A DNA stretch of 64,000 nt from Nitrospinaceae bacterium (GTDB lineage Bacteria; Nitrospinota_A; UBA7883; JAJDBK01). Position numbers and translations under genes: made by a program. The stretch is from positions 1,906 to 65,905 of the forward strand of contig JAJDBK010000057.1 of NCBI GenBank assembly GCA_029261405.1. The letters run 5' to 3'. How positions within the stretch are numbered: the first letter of the stretch is position 1; the number at the start of each line of letters is the position of its first letter. The notes beneath the pieces are model-generated. The model ran no database searches. It was not told the origin of the DNA and was given only the letters and a program-made list of their open reading frames with translations. Positions 48,598 through 58,728 of this stretch are shown piece by piece.

Positions 48598-48665
48598 ATC
48601 ATCAGACGCGTGGCATCATCAGACGCGTAGCATCAGCAGATGCGCGGCATCAGCAGATGCGCGGC
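48598..48665. repeat. Four tandem 17-bp units (atcatcagacgcgtggc x2, then atcagcagatgcgcggc x2). The last copy encodes the HypE C-terminal PRIC plus stop on the minus strand.
   Basis: Read directly. The hypE stop (TGA, complement of 48650-48652) lies inside the array. Confidence 0.8.
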
Positions 48666-49669
48666 AACAGTTCACCTTCTAGTCGTGAAACTATTCTCAA
48701 GCCACCTACTGTGGACCTTATTGTCACCCGTCCTTCGATCCCTTCGACGACCTCTCCGATAATCGCCGAGTCTTCTCCCTCCGGGTGGGATCGCATGATG
48801 GAGAGCGTTTTTTCCGTCTCCCGAGCCGGGACAAAAACCGTCATCTTCCCTTCGTTTGCCACCATCAACGGATCGAGGCCAAGGATTTCACACGCCGCCA
48901 TCACCTCCCGTTTCACCGGTATCGCCGACTCGTCCAGCCGGATCGACACCTTTGAACTTTCGGCAATTTCAACCATTGATGTCGCCAGCCCACCACGGGT
49001 CGGATCGCGCATGACATGAATATTAATCCCGGCTGAAACGAGGTTTGCAACCATATGGTTGAGGGAAGCGGTATCACTTCTGACGAGGGATGTCAGTCTG
49101 AAATCCTCCCTCGCAAGCATTACCGCTGAACCGTGATCGCCAACAGCGCCGTTGATTATCACCACATCCCCCACCGTCGCGTTTGTAGCGGAAATATTCA
49201 GATCGGAGCGAGCCACACCTATTCCGGCTGTGTTGATGAAAATTTTATCGCACGATCCACGAGGCGTTACTTTCGTATCTCCGCAGACGATTTTTACCCC
49301 CGCTTTTATGGCCGCTTTGCCTGCGGATGTGACCACTTTTGCGAGGTCGTCCATCGGCAGACCCTCCTCCAGTATCAGGGCGAGGCTGAGCGCCACCGGT
49401 TGCGCCCCGCGCATGGCCAGATCGTTCACTGTGCCATTCACCGAAAGGTCGCCGATGTCACCCCCCGGAAAAATGATCGGATCAACAACATAACTGTCGG
49501 TGGAAAAGAACATCTCACCATCAACCTGCGCGATGGAACTTGCGTCCTCCAGCGCGCCTTCAACAATACTATCTCCGAGAGCCGGAATAACGACCTTTTC
49601 GATAAGGCGCTGACTCATGCGACCGCCGGAGCCGTGCCCCAGCAGAACCATCTCGTCCCGTTGTTTCAT
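48650..49669 (-). CDS. hypE: [NiFe]-hydrogenase maturation protein HypE
   Basis: 339 aa, AIR-synthase-like fold, ends in the hallmark PRIC motif. Confidence 0.9.
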   Translation of the reverse strand: MKQRDEMVLLGHGSGGRMSQRLIEKVVIPALGDSIVEGALEDASSIAQVDGEMFFSTDSYVVDPIIFPGGDIGDLSVNGTVNDLAMRGAQPVALSLALILEEGLPMDDLAKVVTSAGKAAIKAGVKIVCGDTKVTPRGSCDKIFINTAGIGVARSDLNISATNATVGDVVIINGAVGDHGSAVMLAREDFRLTSLVRSDTASLNHMVANLVSAGINIHVMRDPTRGGLATSMVEIAESSKVSIRLDESAIPVKREVMAACEILGLDPLMVANEGKMTVFVPARETEKTLSIMRSHPEGEDSAIIGEVVEGIEGRVTIRSTVGGLRIVSRLEGELLPRIC

Positions 49670-50766
49670 ACAGTCTGGTGTCCATATTTGTAGGCCGCCG
49701 AGCAGGTTCCTTCGGAGGAGACCATACAGGCGCCTATAGGGGTTTCAGGGGTGCAGGCGTTTCCGAATATCCTGCAATCGGCTGGTTCTTTAAGCCCTCT
49801 GAGGATTTCACCGCAAAGGCACGCCTTGTTCTCTTTTACATCGGGGAAGGTGATGGAGAATTTTATTGCCGCATCGTATCGGGAGTAGGCGGGAGCGATG
49901 GAAAGGCCGCTATCGGGAATATCTCCCAGACCGCGCCAGCGGGCGGACGATTTGACAAAAACAGTATTAAGTGTCTCCTGAGCTTTCCGGTTCCCCTCCG
50001 GTCGCACGACCCTGCGATATTGATTCTCCACCTCCGCCCGTCCATCCACAATCTGTTTACAGAGCATGGTCACACCTTGCAGGATGTCGAGCGGTTCAAA
50101 ACCTGTAATAACACACGGGATCTTCCGTTTGGCCACCAGTGGTCGATACCCCTCCTCCCCTATGATAGCCGAGACGTGGGCGGGGCAGATGTAACCGTCT
50201 ATCTTAAGCTCCCCTTCGGTAAGGGCGTCCATCGGTTCAGGCATGACCTTGTGCGCTGTCAGCGCTGAAAAGTTTTTTACACCATCCCGCTCGGCTGTGA
50301 GGATAGCCACAGCCACCGTCGGCGCTGTTGTCTCGAATCCGACACCCAGAAAGACAAACTCCCGACCATGCTCCTTTTCGGCCATGGCAACTGCGTCGAT
50401 CGGGGAGTATACGATCCTGATATCGGCGCCCTTCGCCCGTTCTCTGGCCAGCGTGGAGTTCGACCCGGGAACTCTGGCCATGTCTCCGAAGGTCACGATA
50501 ACGATATCATTCCTGTGAGAGAGAGATATGGCGGCATCGACGTAACCCATGGGGGTGACACATACGGGACAGCCTGGTCCCGACACCAGCCTTACGTTAT
50601 CGGGAACATAAGCCGATTTAAGACCATGCCTGTATATGGCCATGGTGTGGGTGCCACACACCTCCATTAATGTTATGGGACGAGGCAGTTTTTTCGATGT
50701 CAATCGCAACTTTACCGCCAGGCTTTCAGCAAGTTCCCGGTCCCGGAAAGCGTCAAGATATTTCAT
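49666..50766 (-). CDS. hypD: [NiFe]-hydrogenase maturation protein HypD
   Basis: 366 aa with CGTHT, GPGCPVC and C-terminal Cys motifs. Confidence 0.9.
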   Translation of the reverse strand: MKYLDAFRDRELAESLAVKLRLTSKKLPRPITLMEVCGTHTMAIYRHGLKSAYVPDNVRLVSGPGCPVCVTPMGYVDAAISLSHRNDIVIVTFGDMARVPGSNSTLARERAKGADIRIVYSPIDAVAMAEKEHGREFVFLGVGFETTAPTVAVAILTAERDGVKNFSALTAHKVMPEPMDALTEGELKIDGYICPAHVSAIIGEEGYRPLVAKRKIPCVITGFEPLDILQGVTMLCKQIVDGRAEVENQYRRVVRPEGNRKAQETLNTVFVKSSARWRGLGDIPDSGLSIAPAYSRYDAAIKFSITFPDVKENKACLCGEILRGLKEPADCRIFGNACTPETPIGACMVSSEGTCSAAYKYGHQTV

Positions 50767-50986
50767 CGTCTGTCTTCTCTAAAATCTCCCGCATGAGCGA
50801 AAGAGTCTTCTCCGCCTCCGCCCCGTCCATCCGGGCGATGGCAAGGCCAGCGTGGGCCATGATGTAGTCGCCGATCTTCACGTCATCGAGAGCCATGAGG
50901 CTGACCGATTTACGGACTCCATCGATCTCGGCTACGCAGGAAAATTCCGATATCCCTACAACTTTCATCGGTACCGCGACACACAT
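50753..50986 (-). CDS. hypC: Hydrogenase assembly chaperone HypC/HupF
   Basis: 77 aa starting MCVAVP (the essential Cys2). Confidence 0.85.
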   Translation of the reverse strand: MCVAVPMKVVGISEFSCVAEIDGVRKSVSLMALDDVKIGDYIMAHAGLAIARMDGAEAEKTLSLMREILEKTDDEIS

Positions 50987-51004
50987 TTTTTTATTTCCTC
51001 TTGT

Positions 51005-53278
51005 TTACATTCGTCGGGCGGCGACAATAGCCTGTCCAAGACTTATCCCGCCATCGTTCGGAGGCACTCTTCCGTGCCGCAACACTTTAAATCCGCTATT
51101 TGTGAGACGTGAACCGAGCGTATCGGAAAGATACCTGTTCTGGAAACATCCGCCACTTAAAACCAGACGCGACAGACCACTTGCGCCACGAATCTGTTGC
51201 GCCATTCTGAACGCGCCTTCCACAACGGTATTGTGGAAACGGGTAGCCATCACACCTGGTGGGGTTTTGGCAAGTATGTCGGCTATCACGCCTCTGAAAG
51301 CTGGACGGAACGAGAGATTCATCCTGTTACCTTTTTCCTCGATGTCTACAGGGTAACCGCATTCCACCTCCGGCTCAACGAGAGCTTCAAGGGCCATGAC
51401 CGGCTGGCCTTCAAAACCGGCATTGACACATAATCCCATAAGGACCGCCGCCACATCAAAAACCCTTCCGGCGCCGTGCGAAAGAGGGGTGTTGATCCCC
51501 TTGTGGTACATTCTCAAAACAGCCCGCCTCGTCTCTTCCGGTATCGACTGAACCCAGGGGGCGTTTTGCAGTGGATGGTCTTCGCCGTAAAGCTCGTCAA
51601 TAAGAGCGATGGCGATCCGCCACGGTTCTTTTATCGCCCGGTCACCACCCGGCAGGGGGAGCGGATCAATTGCGCCAGCCCGGACAAAACCTTCGGCGCT
51701 ACCTGTAAGAAATTCACCACCCCATATGGCGCCATCGTCTCCGTAACCTGTGCCGTCGAAGACAATGCCGATACTCTCGCCCTCAAGCGCCCCTCTTTCA
51801 ACCAATGCGGAGACGAAGTGGGCGTGATGATGCTGAACCGGAACAAGAACCGCCGACCCGTATCTCTCCTTCGCCAACCTCCCCCCCGCCGAATCGGGAT
51901 GTTTGTCGAAAGCGACCACCTGCGGCTGACCTGCGTCGATCAGTTTCATAAATCGATCCAGTGAAGACTCAAGATAGGTAATGGACCGCTCCCACGAAAG
52001 GTCGCCGATATGCTGGCTGATAAAAGCCTGGTCGTCCTTGATGACGCAGAATGTGTTTTTCAGGTCCCCCCCCATGGCAAGCGTCGGAGGGTAGGCCTTG
52101 TCGAGCAGAATAGGCGTTGGTGTATAACCGCGCGACCTCCGTATTATCACAGGACCGTGGGTCATCGGCAGTTCCACCGAATCGTCGGTTCTGTGTTCTA
52201 TCGCCCGGTCGTGGGTAAGGTAAGCGTCGGCAATACCGGAAAGACCAGCCCTCGCCTCCTCTTCGGTATGTACGATCGGATCGTCAGAAAGGTTCGCCGA
52301 TGTCATGACAAGAGCGGTAAAACCCCCCTCCCGCAATATCAGGTGATGAAGAGGTGTGTAGGGGAGCATGATACCGAACCGTCCGCAACCGGGGGCCACT
52401 CCGGGCAAAGAGAACGTGTCGAGTTTTTCAGCAAGAACAATCGGATGGGGAACAGATTCCATCAGCCCGGCGGTAAAAGTGTCGATCCTTGCGATGGTTT
52501 TTGCTGTGGCGAGGTCAGAAACCATTAGCGCGAACGGTTTTTCGTCCCGTTTTTTCCGGCGACGCAATCGGTTTACCGCAGATTCGTTGTTGGCGTCTAC
52601 CGCAAGGTGATATCCGCCGATCCCTTTTGTCGCCACAATACCGCCATCGGCAATGGCTGTTACGCCAGCTTTAACAGAATCGACTCCCGCGACCGGTTCA
52701 AACCTCTCATCCCGGAATACCAGTGTCGGCCCGCACTCCGGGCAAGCTACAGGCTGAGCGTGGAACCGGCGCTCCTCCGGGTTCTCATACTCCTCCCGGC
52801 ACTTCTTGCACAGCTTGAAGTCAGCCATAGTTGTATTCGGACGATCATAAGGAACATCGAGGACAATGCTGTAACGGGGACCGCAGTTGGCGCAGTTTGT
52901 AAAGGGGTAGCGATAGCGGCGGTCCGAAGGGTCAAAAAGCTCAGTCAGGCAATCGGGGCATACATCGCAGTCGGGTGATATCAGAGCCGACCTCTCCACG
53001 CTTGATTCGCTTTTTTCGATAATAAAACCGCTCTCCCCACGCTCCTCTTTATCTTCTGACTCTACGGAAACGATATGAGCCAACGGAGGGGTTTTTGTGA
53101 CGAGATCGTTCCCGAATCTGTCGATAGCCTCCGCCGACCCCTCGACATGAATAAAAACTCCCCTGCCGTTATTTAAAACTCCCCCCGACAGATTCCTCTC
53201 CCTGGCGATCCGGTAGACAAACGGACGAAACCCGACCCCCTGCACAATACCGGTAACAGAAAACTCCCTACGAGCCAT
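51005..53278 (-). CDS. hypF: Carbamoyltransferase HypF
   Basis: 757 aa. Acylphosphatase domain, two CxxC...CxxC zinc fingers, YrdC and Kae1-like domains. Confidence 0.9.
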   Translation of the reverse strand: MARREFSVTGIVQGVGFRPFVYRIARERNLSGGVLNNGRGVFIHVEGSAEAIDRFGNDLVTKTPPLAHIVSVESEDKEERGESGFIIEKSESSVERSALISPDCDVCPDCLTELFDPSDRRYRYPFTNCANCGPRYSIVLDVPYDRPNTTMADFKLCKKCREEYENPEERRFHAQPVACPECGPTLVFRDERFEPVAGVDSVKAGVTAIADGGIVATKGIGGYHLAVDANNESAVNRLRRRKKRDEKPFALMVSDLATAKTIARIDTFTAGLMESVPHPIVLAEKLDTFSLPGVAPGCGRFGIMLPYTPLHHLILREGGFTALVMTSANLSDDPIVHTEEEARAGLSGIADAYLTHDRAIEHRTDDSVELPMTHGPVIIRRSRGYTPTPILLDKAYPPTLAMGGDLKNTFCVIKDDQAFISQHIGDLSWERSITYLESSLDRFMKLIDAGQPQVVAFDKHPDSAGGRLAKERYGSAVLVPVQHHHAHFVSALVERGALEGESIGIVFDGTGYGDDGAIWGGEFLTGSAEGFVRAGAIDPLPLPGGDRAIKEPWRIAIALIDELYGEDHPLQNAPWVQSIPEETRRAVLRMYHKGINTPLSHGAGRVFDVAAVLMGLCVNAGFEGQPVMALEALVEPEVECGYPVDIEEKGNRMNLSFRPAFRGVIADILAKTPPGVMATRFHNTVVEGAFRMAQQIRGASGLSRLVLSGGCFQNRYLSDTLGSRLTNSGFKVLRHGRVPPNDGGISLGQAIVAARRM

Positions 53279-53930
53279 TTGTCAAATCCCGCAGGAACTG
53301 ATACCACTCCTCCAGCCCGGCGCCGCTTTTAGCCGACAGCCTGAAACGTTTCTGCGCAGGGTTAACCTTGCGGGCGTACTCCATAGCCTGATCCGGATCG
53401 AAATCGAGATAAGGTAAAAGATCGGTTTTGGTGAGAACCATTGCGTCGGCCACCCGGAACGCTTTCGGATATTTTACCGGTTTGTCCTCCCCTTCCGTTA
53501 CCGACAGGAGAGTTATCTTCATCTGTTCACCCAGATCGTAAGAAGCCGGACAAACAAGGTTGCCGACATTTTCGATGAAGAGCATATCGACCGATCCGAG
53601 ATCGAGAGTATCGAGCGCCTGAAACGTCATTCCGGCGTCGAGATGGCACGCGCTTTGTGTGTTTATCTGTGTAACGGGAACACCGGTCTCCATGATCCTC
53701 CGGGCGTCATTATCGGTCCGCTGATCCCCTTCAATCACCGCAAACTTTATTTCAGACTTCAGGTCGGTGAGAGTTTTTACCAGCAGGGTGGTTTTCCCGG
53801 CGCCCGGCGAGCTTAGAAGGTTTACGACGATAACCCCCGACTCCTTAAATATCAATTGGTTATTAGCCGCCAGCGCGTCATTCTTCGCCAGAATATCCTT
53901 CTTGACCGTAATAACTCTTGGATCGTTCAT
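53268..53930 (-). CDS. hypB: Hydrogenase nickel-incorporation GTPase HypB
   Basis: 220 aa with GSPGAGKTTLL P-loop. Confidence 0.85.
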   Translation of the reverse strand: MNDPRVITVKKDILAKNDALAANNQLIFKESGVIVVNLLSSPGAGKTTLLVKTLTDLKSEIKFAVIEGDQRTDNDARRIMETGVPVTQINTQSACHLDAGMTFQALDTLDLGSVDMLFIENVGNLVCPASYDLGEQMKITLLSVTEGEDKPVKYPKAFRVADAMVLTKTDLLPYLDFDPDQAMEYARKVNPAQKRFRLSAKSGAGLEEWYQFLRDLTNGS

Positions 53931-54265
53931 GAAAGCTCCACACTACGCACCGAAAGCTCCTCCCCTTGCAACAAGCCGGCGGGGCCGCCACAGCCGGGAC
54001 AGAGAAAATAGCGATCCTTCGGCGAAAAGGAATTTTCACATGAGGGACAAGACGCCACCGCTTCTATACTGTTCACCACGAGTTCGCTCCCCGCCACTAT
54101 TTCGCTGGTGGCGCAAGCCTCGTAACAGAAGAGTACCGAATCACTCATAACCCCCGAAAGCTCCCCTATATCGACATTGACCTTAAAAACCTTGTCGGCG
54201 TTCGCCTCTCTCGCCGTCTCCTCGGCTATCTCCACAATGCTCATGGCGATCGACATTTCGTGCAT
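53927..54265 (-). CDS. hypA: Hydrogenase nickel-insertion protein HypA
   Basis: 112 aa, MHEMSIA N-terminus (Ni-binding) and CPSC...CPGC zinc finger. Confidence 0.85.
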   Translation of the reverse strand: MHEMSIAMSIVEIAEETAREANADKVFKVNVDIGELSGVMSDSVLFCYEACATSEIVAGSELVVNSIEAVASCPSCENSFSPKDRYFLCPGCGGPAGLLQGEELSVRSVELS

Positions 54266-54852
54266 TATCCACCGGAAACAGGCAAGTAGTGTAGCTGTAC
54301 CATACCACCACCAAAACTGTGGTGGCTCACAAACTCCAGGGAATGACGTTTTGTGACCCCGGCGAAAAGCGGGCGCCCTGAGCCGAGGAGAACCGGCGCC
54401 ATAGTCACTATCATCTGATCGATGAGACCAGCATCCATAGCCTGACGAATCAGGTCACCCCCATCAATGTAGACATCCTTTTCACCAGCCGCCTCACGAG
54501 CCTTGGCTACCATTGACGAGATATCACCCGTAACGGGCGCCACCGAGGATGGCGTCGGATCAAGCGGACGGTGGGTTGCCACCAGAACGGGACGATCACC
54601 GTATGGCCATGCGCCTCCAAATCCTTGTACCACATCGCAGGTTCGCCGCCCCATAAGTAGCGCCCCTACATCACTCATGAATTCCTCGAAGCCAACAACG
54701 CCTCTATCCTGATCGGTCCGCTCACGCTCATTTGCCGATTCAGCCCCGGCTCCGGGTAACCAGGAGAGGTCATCTCCCGGACCGGCGATGAAACCGTCCA
54801 GGGAGCATGCGATATAAACCCGTACACGAGAATTTTCACTCATGGATACCAT
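54265..54852 (-). CDS. Dihydrofolate-reductase-like / RibD C-terminal domain family protein
   Basis: About 195 aa with a YIACSLDGFIAGP motif typical of the RibD_C/DHFR-like family. The start is uncertain (no clear SD). Confidence 0.55.
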   Translation of the reverse strand: MVSMSENSRVRVYIACSLDGFIAGPGDDLSWLPGAGAESANERERTDQDRGVVGFEEFMSDVGALLMGRRTCDVVQGFGGAWPYGDRPVLVATHRPLDPTPSSVAPVTGDISSMVAKAREAAGEKDVYIDGGDLIRQAMDAGLIDQMIVTMAPVLLGSGRPLFAGVTKRHSLEFVSHHSFGGGMVQLHYLPVSGG

Positions 54853-55065
54853 TTTACCAAAACAGTTATTTAAATAATCAAAATAAGTCAAAAATTTCAT
54901 CCTGTTTTATTGCTCAATTATTTAAAAGAGCCTATATTCTAACTAAAGAAGGAAGTTTCATAAAAACAATACGTTATGCAAGGATAGACGATCCTGTATA
55001 TCGGGGGGCGGAAAGAGACCCTCCCCCGGATGATACGAAGCGCTGGTCATTTGCAATAAAAGGCG

Positions 55066-55881
55066 ATGGGAATCGGTAATATGACTTCACACACAGCGTC
55101 TGAAAAAGAAGTTTACGTCTTCGTGCGGGTTCGTTCGATATTTGCCTGCGCAATGCACTGGGTTCTTTTCGTCGCCATCACTGTTCTTATCGTCACAGGG
55201 TTTTATATCGGATACCCCCTTCTTCTCCATGAACATGGGGAGGCTGTGGATATTACGCTCATGGCCGATATAAGGTTTATCCATTTCATGGCCGCCTGGG
55301 CGCTCTTTATCGGGTCGTTGGTAAGGCTCTACCTCTCTTTCACTGTGTCGTGCAACAAGGACTTTCTGCAGTTTATCCCCACTCCCCACAACGTAATATC
55401 CGCAATCAAGCTGGCCTGGTTCTACGTTACGTTGCGTGGTCCGCACGAACATTACCGATTCGTAAACCCGCTTGGCGGAGGGGTGGGCATCTTTACCATG
55501 TGTGTTCTCTTCGCGGTTCAGATGGTGACAGGTCTTGCCATGTATCTTGAAGGCGCCGACCCGTCTATCTGGGGGTGGGCCTTTTTCGTGCGGAACCTTA
55601 GTGAAGATCTGATGGGTGGGAATCAGGGAGTGCGGGTAATACATCATGTTGCGATGTACGCCCTTATGGCGGTTATCGTTATCCATGTCTACATGCAGAT
55701 ATGGAAAAACTCGTTTTTCACAGAAGCTGATATCTCCTCCATCGTCGGAGGTTACAAGATTTTCCCGTACAGTCAGATCGGGCATTTTTCCGACTGGTAC
55801 GGCCTGAACATAAACGAACCCCCGCCGTCAAAAGAAGAGATGACACGGGCGTCCACAGAATCGACAGAGATAAAAATATAA
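55066..55881 (+). CDS. Ni/Fe-hydrogenase b-type cytochrome subunit (HyaC/CybH family), copy 1
   Basis: 271 aa, 4 TM, with conserved His ligands (HW..F, HHVAMYALMAVIVIHVY). Confidence 0.75.
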   Translation: MGIGNMTSHTASEKEVYVFVRVRSIFACAMHWVLFVAITVLIVTGFYIGYPLLLHEHGEAVDITLMADIRFIHFMAAWALFIGSLVRLYLSFTVSCNKDFLQFIPTPHNVISAIKLAWFYVTLRGPHEHYRFVNPLGGGVGIFTMCVLFAVQMVTGLAMYLEGADPSIWGWAFFVRNLSEDLMGGNQGVRVIHHVAMYALMAVIVIHVYMQIWKNSFFTEADISSIVGGYKIFPYSQIGHFSDWYGLNINEPPPSKEEMTRASTESTEIKI

Positions 55882-55912
55882 CCGAAATTGGAGAAGAGGA
55901 AGGGAGGATCGC

Positions 55913-57046
55913 ATGTGCCGGACCAGTAACGGGCTGATGTCAGCCACACCCGATAACCGGTTGGGTGAGCTAAACAGACTCGACCGACGAGGTTTCATGG
56001 TTTTCTGCGCCCAGATAGCGGCTATTCTAGGTCTGGCTCCATCGTTCATCCCGAAAATCGCGGAAGCTATCGAAGGGGGAGCGCGCAGACCATCGGTGAT
56101 CTGGTTGCACTTTGCAGAGTGTACCGGCGACTCGGAGGCGTTTATCCGCTCCACCTACCCCTCCATCGAAGATCTTGTTTTAAACATCCTCTCCATCGAT
56201 TATCACGAAACGATAATGACAACGTCGGGACACGCCGCCGAGGCGGCCCTTGCGCAGGCCATGAAAGATAACAAGGGGAAATATATCGTTGTCTGCGAAG
56301 GCGCCATACCGACCGGGACACCTCCGGGTCCGGCGGGAAAACCGGGCGACTTTCTGACCATCGGCGGCAAGACCGGAATCGACCTTGCCCGTGAGGTCTG
56401 CGCCGACGCCGGGGCCGTGGTCTGCGTAGGAACATGCTCAAGTTTCGGTGGTGTTCAGGCTCAAAGACCAAACCCGACAGGCGCCAAGGGAGTAGAAGAC
56501 GCTATCGGAGTTCCAACCCTAAAGATTCCCGGTTGCCCGCACAACGTTGTCAACTCTGTTGCGACGATAGTCAACTTCCTCCTGCTCGGTTCCTTGCCGA
56601 AGACCGACAGGCTCGGTCGTCCCCTCTTTGCATACGGGAAGAGGATTCACGACAACTGTCCCCGCAGAGCCCACTTTGACGCAGGTCAGTTTGTTGAAAA
56701 ATTTGGCGACAAAGCCTCTCAGGATAAATGGTGTCTCTACAAGGTCGGTTGCAAAGGCCCACAGACCTACCACAACTGCGCCTGGGTCGAATATAACGAC
56801 AACACCTCCTGGCCCATCAAGGGGGGGCATGGTTGCATCGGCTGTTCGGAGCCACAGTTCTGGGACAACATGCAACCGTTCTACGAGCGTCTGCCGAACG
56901 TGACTCTGCCGGGGGTGGAGACCACAGCGGATAGACTCGGTTTCGGACTGGTGGGAGCCGCCACAGCCGGAGTGGCCGCCCACGCGGCTTACACTTTCAT
57001 CAACCGGAAAAAATTCGACGACACCCTTAAAGAAGAAGGTGAATGA
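55913..57046 (+). CDS. hyaA: [NiFe]-hydrogenase small subunit (group 1, Tat-exported)
   Basis: 377 aa. DRRGFMVF Tat motif, FeS Cys clusters and C-terminal TM anchor. GGAGG RBS. Confidence 0.9.
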   Translation: MCRTSNGLMSATPDNRLGELNRLDRRGFMVFCAQIAAILGLAPSFIPKIAEAIEGGARRPSVIWLHFAECTGDSEAFIRSTYPSIEDLVLNILSIDYHETIMTTSGHAAEAALAQAMKDNKGKYIVVCEGAIPTGTPPGPAGKPGDFLTIGGKTGIDLAREVCADAGAVVCVGTCSSFGGVQAQRPNPTGAKGVEDAIGVPTLKIPGCPHNVVNSVATIVNFLLLGSLPKTDRLGRPLFAYGKRIHDNCPRRAHFDAGQFVEKFGDKASQDKWCLYKVGCKGPQTYHNCAWVEYNDNTSWPIKGGHGCIGCSEPQFWDNMQPFYERLPNVTLPGVETTADRLGFGLVGAATAGVAAHAAYTFINRKKFDDTLKEEGE

Positions 57047-58710
57047 TCATGGGCGAACGGCACGTTATCGATCCGATTACCCGGATCGAAGGACACCTCA
57101 GAATCGAAGTGGAGCTTGAAAACGGGAAGGTGAAAGACGCCTGGAGTAGCGGCACGTTGTGGCGCGGATTCGAGGTCTTTCTGCAAGGTCGTGATCCGCG
57201 TGACGCATGGATAATCACTCAGCGGGTCTGTGGTGTATGCACCACCGTTCATGCGCTGGCGTCGGTAAAATGTGTCGAGAACGCCGCTGGAATTCAGATA
57301 CCCGATAACGCCCGGTTGATCCGCAATCTGATTATGGGCGCACAGTATCTGCACGATCATCCTGTCCATTTCTACCACCTGCACGCCCTCGATTGGGTCG
57401 ATGTGGTCTCCTCTCTATCGGCGGACCCGAAAGCCACAAGCGCCCTTGCCAACAAGATGAATCCGAACGCTCCGAAAAGTGGTCCGGGCGACTTTAAAGT
57501 GGTTCAGGAGAAGATCAAAAAGTTCGTACAGTCGGGACAGCTCGGTCCGTTCACCAACGGATACTGGGGGCATAAGGCGTACAAACTGCCGCCGGAAGCG
57601 AACCTTATGGCGGTCTCCCACTACCTCGACGCCCTTGCCATGCAGAGCGGGATAGCGAGGATGCAGGCCGTTTTCGGCGCCAAGAATCCGCATATACAGA
57701 CCTACACCGTAGGGGGCGTCACCTGCATAAACGACCTTAACGCCAATCGGATCAGTGAGTTTCTCTTTATCCTGAAAGAAGCTAAAGAGTTTATCGACAA
57801 CGTCTATATCCCCGATGTCCTGGCGGTAGCGCCATTCTATCTCGACTGGGCCTCCATCGGTGGAGGTTTGTCCGACTACCTCTCCTACGGCATGTTCCCG
57901 CAGAACGGCGGAGCGGAGCCTGATAATCTCTGGTTCCCGCGAGGTATAGTTCGTAACCGCGACCTGTCACAGGTCCACCCTGTGGATGAGAAGAAAATCA
58001 CAGAAGATGTCACCCACTCCTGGTACAAGTATGACGGAGTGAATCCTTTGCATCCGGGTAAAGGTGAGACAAAACCCTGGTTTACAGGTATCGAAACGGC
58101 CAATAACGGCAAATATAGCTGGCTCAAAACACCTCGCTACGAAGGAAGCGCCATGGAAGTTGGCCCCCTTGCGAGGATGCTGGTCAACTATGCGTCGGGA
58201 CACAAATCGACCAAAGCCAATGTCGGCTGGTTGTTAGGTCAGCTCGGTGTAGGGCCAGAGGTTCTCTTCTCCACCCTCGGACGGACAGCGGCCCGCGCTG
58301 TGGAGACAAAAATCATCGCAGACCAGATGGAGTCGTGGATTATTGAACTGCTCGGCAACCTCAAAAAAGGCGACCTTGATATCTGCGTAGACTATCCCGC
58401 TCCACAGTCGGCAAAAGGATTCGGCATGACCGAAGCGCCTCGTGGCGCGTTGGGTCATTGGATCGAAATCGAGGGGGGCAAGATCAAGAATTATCAACTT
58501 GTGGTGCCGACCACCTGGAACGGATCGCCCCGGGACAAGAGCGGTCAACGCTCCTCTTTCGAGCAGGCGCTTATCGGCACTCCGGTGGAAGATCCGAAAC
58601 AGCCGGTGGAGATTCTGCGGACGATCCACTCATTTGATCCGTGTCTCGCCTGCGCTGTCCATATTTTCGATCCGGAGCAAAAAGAGACTTATACGGTCAA
58701 GGCGGTTTAA
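57043..58710 (+). CDS. hyaB: [NiFe]-hydrogenase large subunit
   Basis: 555 aa. N-terminal RVCGVCTTVH and C-terminal DPCLACAVH Ni-Fe ligands. Confidence 0.9.
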   Translation: MIMGERHVIDPITRIEGHLRIEVELENGKVKDAWSSGTLWRGFEVFLQGRDPRDAWIITQRVCGVCTTVHALASVKCVENAAGIQIPDNARLIRNLIMGAQYLHDHPVHFYHLHALDWVDVVSSLSADPKATSALANKMNPNAPKSGPGDFKVVQEKIKKFVQSGQLGPFTNGYWGHKAYKLPPEANLMAVSHYLDALAMQSGIARMQAVFGAKNPHIQTYTVGGVTCINDLNANRISEFLFILKEAKEFIDNVYIPDVLAVAPFYLDWASIGGGLSDYLSYGMFPQNGGAEPDNLWFPRGIVRNRDLSQVHPVDEKKITEDVTHSWYKYDGVNPLHPGKGETKPWFTGIETANNGKYSWLKTPRYEGSAMEVGPLARMLVNYASGHKSTKANVGWLLGQLGVGPEVLFSTLGRTAARAVETKIIADQMESWIIELLGNLKKGDLDICVDYPAPQSAKGFGMTEAPRGALGHWIEIEGGKIKNYQLVVPTTWNGSPRDKSGQRSSFEQALIGTPVEDPKQPVEILRTIHSFDPCLACAVHIFDPEQKETYTVKAV

Positions 58711-58728
58711 CGAGAGGGAGTAAACCTG

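Noticed and set aside
55087-55785. 232-aa minus-strand ORF opposite the first hydrogenase cytochrome b gene
   Set aside because: Antisense to a gene with clear HyaC-like TM/His architecture. Basic low-complexity translation.
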